This document shows, piece after piece, positions 40,234-51,651 of a stretch of 64,000 nt of DNA. Source of the stretch: Vezdaea acicularis (lineage: Eukaryota); assembly GCA_026025075.1 (NCBI GenBank), contig JAPEUI010000057.1, forward strand, positions 1 through 64,000, in the 5' to 3' direction. The position numbers and the translations under genes were made by a program. Position 1 is the first letter of the stretch. Every line of letters begins with the position of its first letter. The notes under the pieces were generated by a model that did no database searches, was not told where the DNA came from, and saw only the letters and a list, made by a program, of their open reading frames with translations.

Positions 40234-40912
40234 CTTGGCGCTTTGTCCGCTGTCGACTGCAAGTCCTGGATGAAAAGGACTTGGAGAGGAGATGATATAA
40301 AAAGTGAGTGTGGGAAGACTTGATAGAAAATTAGCGAGTGCCAAGATTTCCTCCGAGGCAGCGAGGCTCCCATTCATGTCACATCCACCACAACCCGAGA
40401 AGGTCTGATGTATGAGAACTCCACAAGTATTTAGAGAATCTTGTCCTGATGGTCAGAGGAGCTTTTATCAAATTCCATGGTGCAGCCCCTACATAGCTTC
40501 AATTGAGAGTAGCGGAAGCAAATCAAGATAATGAATATTCTTAACTCGGCTAATCCGCTAATTCTACTCGCGCTTTCCTCCACATTTTCTCGAACCAATT
40601 CTTTTCATGCTAAATTACGAATTAAGCTGTTCAAGTCTTCCTCCTCAACCTAAATCCCAAGTATGTACGAGAACATAAGCCTTGTACCGTCGACATCATC
40701 ATCAAGCATCAACGTGACGTCGTAAAGAGCGTTATCCATCACCATCTTATATCATGTTTCCCTTCTAAAACAGCGCTCACTATTCAATTCCAGAATTACT
40801 CCGGTGGTCTGAAGGAGTGTTGACCGGATATCCAATCGTCTCTTGAACATGCTAACCTCATCAAATAAATTATGCTAAAAAGTAAATCAAAAAGTCGCAA
40901 GGCTAAGTCTGT

Positions 40913-43662
40913 TCAGACGAACAGACCAGCGAAGAGCCAGGAGCCGATCAACATGAGAAGCGAGCTCGTGAAAGGTACGTGATGAGTCGTACCGCCAGTA
41001 AAGGTTGCCGGTGCAGCCGCAGTTGTGCTAGACGCGGACGTCGTGACCGAAGACTTGGTCGTGGGTACAGGACCTAATGTTGCTGCCGATGCTCCCTTTG
41101 AGCTAGACGAAGACAGCGTGAGAGGACCAGTAGGACCGCTTGATGGGGCAGCACCTGCACTACCTGAGGCACCGGCACTACCGGAGGCACCAGCACTACC
41201 TGAGGCACCAGCACTACCTGAGGCACCGGCACTACCTGAGGCACCGGCACTACCTGAGGCACCTGAGGCACCTGAGGTTGCCGAACCAGGAGCCGCAGCA
41301 GTCGCAGTTGCCGAGCTTGGGCTTGTAGGAGAAGATCCGGCGCTTGCGGCAATCGAAGAGGAAGAGGCTGCGGTGCTCGCCCTTGCGGCCGTTGGAGAAG
41401 CTGAAGCTGCGGTAGTCGGCACGACTGCGCTTACTGGAGCGACGGTACTGACGGTACTCGCGCCGCCGGAGACCTGCGATTGCGGTCCAGACGCACTTGG
41501 TGTAGCACTTCCCGCGGCCGAACCCGAGCAGAAAGCGACGAATTGAACGAAATCGTGGGCGACAACGCTGGAATAGACGGCGTCACCGCAGCAAGCTTGG
41601 CATTGGGCAAGATCTTGTTGAAACACTTTGGATTGATCACAGAGTGTGGAGTCTTTGCCCTCCTTTTGGGCTTGCGTCTGGGCATTATCTACACTCAATT
41701 AGTCTGGCACCTTACGACGTATTCCGTATTAACTTACTGCAAGGAGTTATGCATTTTTGGGGTGCCACCTGGCCTTGCCTCTTGAAGAGACGACTGAAGA
41801 TGTTCTCGAGAGACCCAAACATCGTGCCTTTCTCCAGCCCCTCATCACGCTTGCTGAGGGTATCGAGGCCGTTGTACGCATCGTAGTTGGACATGAATTC
41901 GAGAGGATCCAGTAGGAAGTAGCCCGGCGAGTAGTTGTACGTGTTATTCGCAGGAGTTGATTGATCTGGCAACAAGGGCGGTACGGGTTTGCAGTTGGAC
42001 GGCGTACAGATGTAGCCGGGATCTGGCGGTGCCTCGGGGAAGTTGCAATCGACCTGAGGAGGCTCACAGATGAATCCGGGGGGACAGCCCCAAGTATAGT
42101 CGGTCGGAAGCGGTGCGGCTGGCGTATAAGTTGGGTTGATGAAACTCTTTGGACAAATCGTTTTCGACCCGATAACGTCTGATATGGGCGAGGATGGAGC
42201 AGTTACGGTAGACAAGCTGACTGAACCCGGAAGGGTTAGGGTGGAAACGGCCGGTGAAAGAGTGATAGTAACGGTTCCAGCGGGAAGAGTCAACGTCGTG
42301 CCGGGAACAGATATCGTGACAGTAGTCGAGGGCGGAATGACAGAAGTCACTACACTTCCTGGAATGGTGATTGTGGTAGGACTTGTTAAGGTCAATGTGC
42401 TCGGCGGGAGGACGATCGTGACGGGAACTGTGGTAGGAGGCACGGTGATAGAGACGGTAGTCGGCACTGGGACGGGTATAAAGACGTCAGATACGATCGC
42501 GGTCGTGACCATTGAGGTGAATGTAGCCGTGGTCGTCGAGGTGGTCGTAAAGGACGATGTGATTGTGGATGTGAAGAACACGGTGACACCAGAGATGACC
42601 GAGAATGACGTTGTGGTAGTAGTCGTCGTCGTCGTGAACGTAGTGGGCACGGGCACTTCAATGAACGATGGAGTAGTCACAGTGGTGGTGGTCGTCGTCG
42701 GCGAAGTTGTTGTCGTTGTCGTCGGGGATACCGTTGTTGTTGTAGATAGGGACGTTGTGGTAGTGGTGGTAGGCGATGTTGTTGTCGTCGTCGTCGTAGT
42801 TGGGGAGGTAGTGGTGGTTGTCGATAGGGATGTTGTGGTAGTGGTGGTAGGCGATGTTGTTGTCGTCGTCGTCGTTGTTGGGGAGGTAGTGGTGGTTGTC
42901 GATAGGGAGGTAGTCGTTGTGGTCGTCGTGGTAGGTGATGTAGTGGTGGTAGTGGTAGTATTTGAGGTCGTTGTTGTTGTTGTCGACAGGGAAGTCGTCG
43001 TCGTCGTAGTGGTGGTTGTAGAGTTGGATCTTATGGTTGACAGGGATGTTGTGGTGGTAGTGGTCGTGGTGGGGGTCGTGGTCGTGGTGGTCGTAGTGGT
43101 TGGGGTCGTGGTCGTGGTGGTGGTAGTAGTCGGCGTCGTCTTTGTCGTTGTGGTGGTGGTCGTGGTTGGGGTCGTCTTCGTTGTCGTGGTGGGGGAGGTG
43201 GTGGTTGTGGTAGTAGTTGTGGTTGTATTAGACGTAAAGTCGAGCGTGGAGAACTTGGTCGTGGTCGTGGTCGTTGTCGAATTCTCGAAATCTGTCGTCT
43301 GCTTCGTCGTTGTCGTCGTCGTCGTCGTCGTACTCACGTTGGTGCACGGGAGGGTGACATATTCCGTCCATGTGACTGTCGTATTCTGACAATAATCACC
43401 TCCCCCGCCGCCATGGCATGGAGGGCACTACCGTCTCTTAGCATTCGAAGAACACATCAACATTCACATCTTGACATTGGTTACTCACCGGACCATCTGA
43501 ACCGGGACAGGGAGAGTTGCAATCGCCCCACCAGCAGCGCCAATTGGGGGCAATGGCGTTTGGGGTCACCGAGGCTCCATAGTTCGAAGTGTTCGTCACG
43601 GATGCCGCCGAAGCTATCGACAAGAGACCCGAGAGCGCCAGCAAGGCCCCAGACCACCACAT
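40913..43662 (-). CDS. Secreted Thr-rich mucin/adhesin-like cell-wall glycoprotein, probably GPI-anchored
   Basis: Signal peptide [19 protein letters not shown], Cys-rich N-terminal segment, long poly-Thr stalk, Cys-rich [12 protein letters not shown] domain, Ser/Ala/Gly repeats, hydrophobic C-terminus after ATFTGG. Confidence 0.8.
41151..41276. repeat. Coding 18-bp minisatellite (six units plus two 9-bp half units) encoding SGSAGA repeats
   Basis: GCACCNGCACTACCNGAG at 41151, 41169, 41187, 41205, 41223 and 41241, then GCACCTGAG twice. Confidence 0.95.
42745..42900. repeat. 78-bp tandem duplication within the poly-Thr stalk
   Basis: GATAGGGA recurs at 42745, 42823 and 42901; the two full units differ at about two positions. 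Confidence 0.85.
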
Positions 43663-46396
43663 CTTCGATCCGCGGTTACGACTTTCGGATCCAAGTAACG
43701 AGGGAATGGTGTTCGCCCAGTGTTTTGTCGGTCGGATCTCAACGATGGGGAGGCCGCAAACAGCGAGTGTGAATGCGCGAAGGCGTCGAACAAAGAGTGG
43801 ATGTTGGCAAGGTCAAGGCCGCTCGTGGTGAGGCACAGCGAAGGCCGCGACAAGATGACTTGTTCTTCCCACGACTTTTTGAAGCCGCAGGCTGCGGCGT
43901 GGAGAGCGAGCGGAAAAACCTGAGTCGGGCGCGCGGGCAGAAGCTCCGCCTCGTTCGAGGTACCTTGGACGGGCGGGCGGTCTCTCGTGGGCCACGCTAC
44001 TGAACTGCCCCGCTGTGACGCGGTGAACGACGGGAAGCTTGCGACGGAGGACAAAGCGAAGGGCTGAAGGAAAAGAGCTCAAGATGTACGACGTAGGATG
44101 AGGATGAGGATGAGAGAGAGAGGAAGAGGAAGAGAGAAAGAGAAAGAGAAGAACAGAGGCAGGGCAGGGCAGGGCAGGTAGCAATGGGAAGCTCCACGGC
44201 CATGTGGAGGGCGCCGGGCCCTACGTACCACCTCGTCGAGCCATGGCACCCTGCTCAGGGCATGCAACTTTCGGACGACGCCAACGACGGTGATGCCGGT
44301 GGCATCTGCACGGACGAGGCTTGGCGCGATGGGAAGCTCCGGGGGTGGGGCCAACGGAGCCCACGGAGCCAACGGGGCGCCCAGCGGCGGGCAGGCAGGG
44401 GCCACGGCAGCTTCCCATTGGCCGGCGCGAGGGCCGAGGGACGATGCGGGCAGGGCAGCGGAGCATCGGGGGCTGAGGGGGACGGTGAAGGTGGAGACGG
44501 GCGAAGGTCGAGACGGCGAAGGAGGTGTCGACGCAATCGACCGGCATCCCTGTTGCGGTCGGCCTTGGCGTGTTTGGTCGGCCCAAGTCGACCGCCAGCG
44601 CGCATCGGCGCAAGCACCAAGTACCAAGTACCGGCCACCAGTCGGAGCCGCAGTTGCAGTCGAAGTCGCCGTCGGAGTCGCAGTCGCACAGAGGAGCGGG
44701 GGGTTGGCTCGGAGTGGCGGAGGCGGCCGGAGAGGGAAAAGCTTGGCAGGAGCGGAAAGAGGAAAGCGGGAAGGGAAGGGCAGCAGGAGGGTGGGACGCG
44801 AGCAAGGCAGTGGCCATCGCGCAACCCTACGCGAGGCCGCTTGGCCACACCCAGCACCCCGAGCAAGGAAGGCGCGGGGCTTAGGGCTAACCGTCGGACT
44901 GGTTGGCCGCTCAGCCGTGACTGCCATCGCGGCGGATTCCTCCAAGGCTGTCTGTTGGCGCGTCGGCTGTTTCCATCGACGGCTCTTCTGCCACGGAAGG
45001 CACCGCGGCGATTTTTCCTCGACGGATGGGAGTCGTTGCACATCATCGCGAGTGCTGATCGTCCTCCTTCCGGACGCTGCTGCGTTCGTGGGACGAGGGT
45101 CCGCGCCGAATGAGCGGCTCGGCTTCCGCTCCGTGCATCGGCCCCGCCTGCAGAGCCGCTGAACGCATCCAGCACTCCACTTCTTCACGACCGCATCAGG
45201 CTCCGGCCTCGTGAGCTGCTCTCGCCGTGCAACATCGACTGGAGCGATCCTTCCGATGAAGAAATCGTCCGCTGCTGGCCCTGGCGCCTTGGTGATGGCG
45301 GAGCAAGCCGGTCCTTAGCGTGAAGAGCTCCGCCCATGGTCACGTGGGAGGCTTCGTTCACGGCCGCAGCTGGTCGATGCAAAAGCGACGCTCGGCCTTT
45401 GCCGGAGCTTGTCCAAGCGTCGTGCATGCGACTGCTCCTCCGTTTTCCTTCGTTCGTGACAGGACGAAGTTCGAATGGCAGACGTCGACTGCACGTGAGC
45501 CAGCCCTATGGAACCGGCACTTGGGCTCGTTGAGGCCACCGCCAGAGACAACGAGCGGCGTCACTCCAACATCCCGCTGGCACGCGAGCGTGAATACGGA
45601 AGACGGAATACGATGCTCCGTTTCGACGGTCGCGGGCACATGGGAGAGAAGGCGACGAGGAGCTTTGACCGACTGCGAGTGGTCGGCAAGCGGCCTCGCT
45701 TCGGCCGGACCAACGAGAGGCCGCGCTGCCCCTTCGCTCTGTCCGCATCAGGATCCGACTCGGCCAAGCGTCCGCCAGCCGTCAAACCAGAGAGACCAGA
45801 GACGAGAGGCGAGAGACCCGACCAGACTGCGCGCCCACACCAACCGCAGGGCGAAAGCCGGTCAAGCCGCGGTCGCGCTTGGCCGTCTCGGGAAAAGCCA
45901 TTAGCCCCACTCGCACCTCCGTCGCTGCTCTTGTCGCTGGTCTGTTGTCTCTCCGTCTCTTGTCTCTGTCTCGCCGTTGTGTGCTTTCGATGGCCTCGTC
46001 CGTCGCCCTGGAGAAAAGGAGGGACCGTCCAATGAGATCCATCGTGGCTGGCGATAGCGAGGACCGTTGCTGTGAACGGAACCAACTGGCGCATGTCCGG
46101 CTTTGTCTCCTTCCTGCAGCCCTTCGTCCTCCGCCGTCTCGCTGCTCCGCGAGGGCCAGCATCCCATCCCATATTGGTGGAGGCCGAGTCCCAGAGCCTG
46201 TGCGTGCAACCCACCCGCGGACCCTTGAGCCAGTCACGCTCCCCCGCCGCCACCTTTCCCCGATAAGCAGCGCCCTAAGCCTTTCCATTCTATTTTCTGC
46301 CTCTGCGCTGTGATCGGCCTGCTGGATGCTTTCAACGTCGCTCTTCCCGCCGCGGCCTGTCTGAGAGCGAGAGAGAGTCTGCCATCACCGAGCATC

Positions 46397-48900
46397 ATGT
46401 TGCGCCCGTCGATCAATCTCGTCCTTCCCTTCGTCGCCGCATGGCTGGCCACCGGTGCGCAGAGTTCGCCCGTGGTGGAGGGGCACTCCATCGCCGCTCG
46501 CTCGACCTGGGAGCCGAACGAAGTGAGCGCGACCGAGTGCTCGTGGGAAGCCCCGCGCGGTATGAATGATCTGATCTGATCTGATCTAATCTGTCAAAAT
46601 TCGAATCGAGCTAATCGATCGCAGTGGCCGTGATTCGCGACACCTTGTATATTGATGGTGGCTACCTGCTATATCAAGCAAAGTACGCAAACGGATCGCT
46701 GGGCTATCCAACGACGGATGGCATACCGCAATATGGTAATCCTTCAATCACCGACGAATATGATACAGACCTAACGAGCGCGCAGAGGACCTATCGACCC
46801 AAGTGCGCATGGTCAACTTTACCCATCCCTTTGACACGACCCAGAATGAGACCGAGGTCTTTCAGATCATGAACAAGACGAACGGCGCGGGGAACAACCT
46901 CTACTTCAACTTTTTCGATGGGGCCATGTTTGCCAATGATGGCGAATACTACCTCTACGGCGGATTAGATCCAGGCACGAATGCCTTCCCCAACTCGGGA
47001 AGCTCCTATCTAGCGGCGCAGAATGTCCAAGGCTATGAAGCGTTTCAGTATGGGACACAGCGGCAGTCTTGGAGTCCCGGATTTGTCCAAGAAACCCTCT
47101 CGACCGGCGTGACAAGATACGTCACGGCTGGTGCGGGCGTCAGCGTCCCATCGGAGAATCTGGGCTTCTACTTTAGCGGTTTGAGATCTCCGACCTGGGG
47201 AGAGATCAATGCCGGCGGTGATAACACGACCCAAGCGACCGAGCTGGCAAACACCCTTATAACCGTCGACCTATCCGTCATGCGTAACGAGAAATGGTCG
47301 AACGACACCCTCCCAACCTCGGCGCCAGGTCGTGCGGGAGGTGAGCTGGTCTGGATACCGACGGCGTCGCAAGGCGCTCTCGTCGCCATCGGTGGTGTCA
47401 TCAATCCCGAGTCGGCTTCTGTCACCCCGCTCTCGGACTCTCAGATATCAGCGAGCAAAGCGAAGAGTCCTACGTTCATGTCAACCGTATCTGTTTATGA
47501 CGTTTCCGGAAAGAAATGGTATCAGCAGAATACAACGGGTGACACCCCACCGCAACTGACCCAGTTCTGTGCGGTCGTAGGTTCAGCACAAGACGGCACC
47601 TCCCATAATATCTATATATATGGTGGGTACGATGGACTCAATTCCACCAGCGATACCTCCGACGATGTCTATATCCTCTCCATCCCTTCGTTCATCTGGA
47701 TCAAGGCTTCCACGGGAAACCCAACCCATGGAAGGCGTCATCATAGATGTGTGACGCCCTACCCCGACCAGATGTTTGTCCTAGGTGGCGTGGCCAAATT
47801 CCCCGATGGACTTGGCGTCAATTGCCTTGACGCAGGCGTTCTCCAGATCTACAACATCAACTCGCTGAAGTGGCAAAACACGTATGACCCAAAGAAGTGG
47901 AGTCCATACCAAGTCCCGGCGGTAGTGACGGCTAAGATTGGTGGGGATGGAAATGGCACTGCCAGAACTCTTGGACCCAACAGCTGGTCGTCCTCCGACT
48001 TGTCCGCCCTCTTCAGCACAGCTTACACCAAGACGATTCCATCCCATTACCCCTACAGCTCCATCGCCTCGACCGCTCTTCCCACTCGCAGCACCGTCGC
48101 GGTCAACGGCAATGGCGGCGGCGGAACACCATCATGGGTCATCCCCGTCGTCGTCGTGATCGTAGTTCTCCTTCTCCTCACCATCGCTATCGCAGCCTTC
48201 CTCCTCTTCAAGCGTCACAAGTACATCAAGTTGTACGGTACCTCTGATGCTGGCGGGAGCGCCAATACCGAGAACAGGGTCTTGGCCTGGGTGCGCGGAA
48301 CGCCACCTGTAAGGAGTAATACCAAAGGCTCGAGCGATACGGAAACGAGCGAGGCTATAAGCTCGGGTAGGACTGCGCTGAATAGCCCGAGTGAGGACAG
48401 AGATGATCAACCAGACATGGCGGAGCGGCATGAGGCAGACGCGGCAAGGGAGTTCTACGAATTACCGGGTGAGTTCTTGCATTCCAACCTGGATGCCACC
48501 AACAGATGGCAGTCTCAACTAACACGACTTAACAGGCAACTCCCTTCCGTCCGAACTCCCCATCACCCACCAGACAGCACTAACCCCACCTCCCCGCAAC
48601 CCTGACCTCCCACGACGATCCCCCTCATCTGGTGTCCCTCGCCCCGAGTCGCCCACCGGCGGCGCGTTACCTGCCTTTCCTCCACCTGCCGCCGTCCCTC
48701 AGCACTCTCACAGCCACAGCCGTTCCATCTCCTCCGACTTGGGTCCGAATAGTCCAGTGAGCGCCACCAGAGAGGATATGCAGAGCCCCGTCAGCCCTCC
48801 CGAGAGTGTTCGGGCGAGCAATGGCAGCTCCTTAGTCGGTCAAGGCGGGCCTGGGGATCGGACGAGGCGGGTCAGCAATTTCGAGGAGATCCTGGAGTAG
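46397..48900 (+). CDS. Single-pass membrane protein with an extracellular kelch-like beta-propeller
   Basis: Signal peptide, DTLYIDGG, YYLYGG, LVAIGG, IYIYGGYDG, YILSIPSFIW, TM WVIPVVVVIVVLLLLTIAIAAFLLF, Pro/Ser-rich cytosolic tail ending TAG at 48900. Confidence 0.85.
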
Positions 48901-49400
48901 GTGGGCTAGGAAAATAATGGAGGAGGATATGAAGAAAGTTATGTCGCAGAGAAAGAACATGAGTGTTTTTCCATGGGCTTCGGCGTTTCTCGCACCTCCG
49001 TCATGACCACTTTCAGGGCATTTTGTATATCTAAGAGTGCTGCTTATCTCTTATCCGTCTTTCTTCACTTATCTCAGATGCTTGGGGGAAAAAAAGGCCG
49101 TGCAGCGAGGACATGATGCGGGGAACACTCATTTCTTTGGAAATTCGATTCGTGCAGATATTTCGCTCGGAATAACAGACACTGTCTTCACATCCCCCCT
49201 TTTCATCTTTGACCCGACCCCCGAAAACACGCAGCTCGGTGAGACCTGACTGATTAACATAAGCTCTAGTGATACAATTATCGTTTACCTCATCTAACAT
49301 AGATACGCAATCGTCACATATGCAACCGCCTTTCTCATTGTATGAAGACCTCCCCACCCCACATCGCAACTCTGGTTCTACGGAGGTTTCTTTGCCTTAG

Positions 49401-49533
49401 ATGTGAAGCTTCTTGTGGTATGTGAAGATTCTCATTATATGGGAAGACTCTCATTATATGGGAAGACTCTCATTGTATGTGAGGACTCTTATTATACGCA
49501 TACCCTCTGATAATACGCGAAGCCTCCCATTCT
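49401..49533. repeat. Intergenic 19-bp minisatellite, about seven degenerate units
   Basis: Consensus ATGKGAAGACTCTCATTAT with units starting at 49401, 49420, 49439, 49458, 49477, 49496 and 49515. Confidence 0.85.
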
Positions 49534-50189
49534 ATGATTACCCCACCCCGCCTTACCCCCCGACTACATGACCATCTCGTATGCCAAGCAGCCGGCTTAG
49601 ATCGACCAGTAACTGCGTATCAGTGGTCGCGGGTTGAAGGCTTTGGTAGAGTGGTTGAAAGGCGGCTCTATGTCTATTCTATCGGCCTTTAGTGTGCGGA
49701 TAGTGCGGGTCATTTGATGGTCGTTCCCCTGCTACATGAATGGCGGGCTGCAACTGCGTTGACGGTGCTTCATTATTTGAGGGTCCGTCGCAGCTTTACG
49801 GGCGACCTCTCGTTGCATGGAGCGAGCGTGCGAGTGTTGAAGGGAGTGACCCTGCCCGCGTGTGTGCCATGTTGGAGGAATACTCAATACATAGCGATTG
49901 GGGCTGGCTTCACGGATAATAGACGGTAAACATGGTGAGGCATTGGATGAAAGATGTTGCGAACTAGAGAGAAAAGATATCAACGCCGTAGCTACGATTC
50001 CAATTCCCAGGAAATAGTCCGCCGAAAGGGGGTATCGTGTCCAACGCTATAAGCACTCCTCAGATCGCACACAAAGATCCGCCATATACAGATTACCTCC
50101 TTCTCTCCTTCTCTCCTTTCCCCCTTCTCATGCCCACAGCCACACCAATTATTGTCTCTTCTTTCCGAGCACGAGGATTGGGCTTCGGC

Positions 50190-51071
50190 TTAGTACACAG
50201 CCTTCCCGCCCCCCCTTCGTCTTTCTCGTCGTCCACCCCCAATGCAACACTCAAATACCCACAGGCAAGCCGCTAGCAGCATGAGCACCGTCGCCGCCCA
50301 CGTCATGCCGAGGAACTTGTTTCCACGGTAGGCCGCAATGCCTATCTCGGACCCGTATTTATTGACCAAGTGCCCCGCTTTGACGGCTGCGGCTGTTGCG
50401 ATCGCAGACGCGATGCCGAGCGCAAGAAACGCGACGATCGCGAGTAGGAAGTTGACGGTCACAAGCGCGCGCCCGCCCACGAAGATGTTGATCAGACCGG
50501 TGAGAATTGACACGCCCGCGGCTGCGATGCCGATGCAGTAGATGATGAACATGGCTTTGAACAGCGTCCTCAGCGCCCTGATGCCGTTCGTCACGTCCTG
50601 CGGCCAGTTCAGGTCGGCAAGCGTGATGTTGCCGGGCAGCTCGTTCTGCAGGATCATCTCGGGGTCGAAGGCGAACCCGGCCGTCTGGTTTGAGCATTTC
50701 GTGACGTTCTTGTGCGTGGCAGTAGAAGCGTTCGGGTGAGAGGTCGGAGTGTAGTATCCTTCGCAGTAGTCGAGAACGTGAGCGCTGTAGAAATCGTGAA
50801 TGCCGATTTCTTTGGCGACGTCGGAGGCGATGTCGTTCGTTACGTTGTTGATCTCGGATTGCAAACCGCTAGGGAGGAGATTGAAGATCTTGGAGGCGGT
50901 GGGGTGTTCGCTGGACGAGTTTAGTTGCAGGTGGCCTAGTTGGGAGACATTGAGGGTGAGCAAGGCAGCGTCCTCCATAAATCCGGGCTTGTGGCCTGCA
51001 AAGAGGACGAGCATCGACAGGATGAATGCCCCTATGGCGAAGAGGGTCGGAATGAGGGCAGTGAGACGCAT
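50190..51071 (-). CDS. SUR7/PalI-family four-TM protein
   Basis: N-terminal TM, GIHDFYSAHVLDYCEGYY, NVTKCS, three further TMs, GNKFLGMTWAAT. Confidence 0.88.
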   Translation of the reverse strand: MRLTALIPTLFAIGAFILSMLVLFAGHKPGFMEDAALLTLNVSQLGHLQLNSSSEHPTASKIFNLLPSGLQSEINNVTNDIASDVAKEIGIHDFYSAHVLDYCEGYYTPTSHPNASTATHKNVTKCSNQTAGFAFDPEMILQNELPGNITLADLNWPQDVTNGIRALRTLFKAMFIIYCIGIAAAGVSILTGLINIFVGGRALVTVNFLLAIVAFLALGIASAIATAAAVKAGHLVNKYGSEIGIAAYRGNKFLGMTWAATVLMLLAACLWVFECCIGGGRRERRRGGGKAVY

Positions 51072-51651
51072 GGCTGTTCGTGACGCCAACGATGCTCAGA
51101 CTATGTGGTTGTTGTTATTGTGTTTCTAGAGATAGTAGGGTAGAGTTGGGGCTCATAAGGTATGAAGATGGAAATCAGGGAGTAAATAAGCTTGATTCTC
51201 CTGGCGGACTAGTCAACAAGGGGCTCAGGGCAGTGAATGGCTACTTTCCGTCAGCGGCGTTCCTTGTGGAAAGGAGCATCACGGAATGTGGACAGCACAC
51301 CTCTTAAGAGCAATGATCTAGAATAGCACTGCCGCGTGCGTTGCGCGTCCCAGGAGCCGCTAAGGAGCAAACAAGCTCGGCGCGGGCCTGCAGAAGGGCG
51401 GGATCAGACACTTGTGCCATGGTCTCTGGTGCGTCTATCACGGATCAACCTCTGGGCGCGAAGCTGAAGTTGTCTCTAAGCGATGCTTGCACAGAACAAA
51501 AAGAAAGGCCGTGGCGAGCCCTGCATTTCGGTAGCGAGCGGCTACGTCATCGTGCAGGAGCACAGGACCAAGTTTCAGGATTCAGCAAATCTTCCCATCT
51601 ACCGAAACCTGGTTGGCTGCCGCTCCCCAGTATGTTCTCTAAATTTAGATA

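Noticed and set aside
41025..41546. ORF with (ALPEAP)n repeats
   Set aside because: Antisense reading of the 18-bp coding minisatellite.
42136..43389. 417-aa poly-Val ORF on the + strand
   Set aside because: Antisense shadow of the poly-Thr codons in the real minus-strand gene.
44079..46313. Many overlapping 150-370 aa ORFs in several frames
   Set aside because: Arg/Pro/Ala/Gly-rich with no domain motifs; expected from stop-codon scarcity in GC-rich DNA.
49401..49533. Possible CRISPR-like array
   Set aside because: Units are contiguous with no unique spacers, there are no cas genes and the context is eukaryotic.
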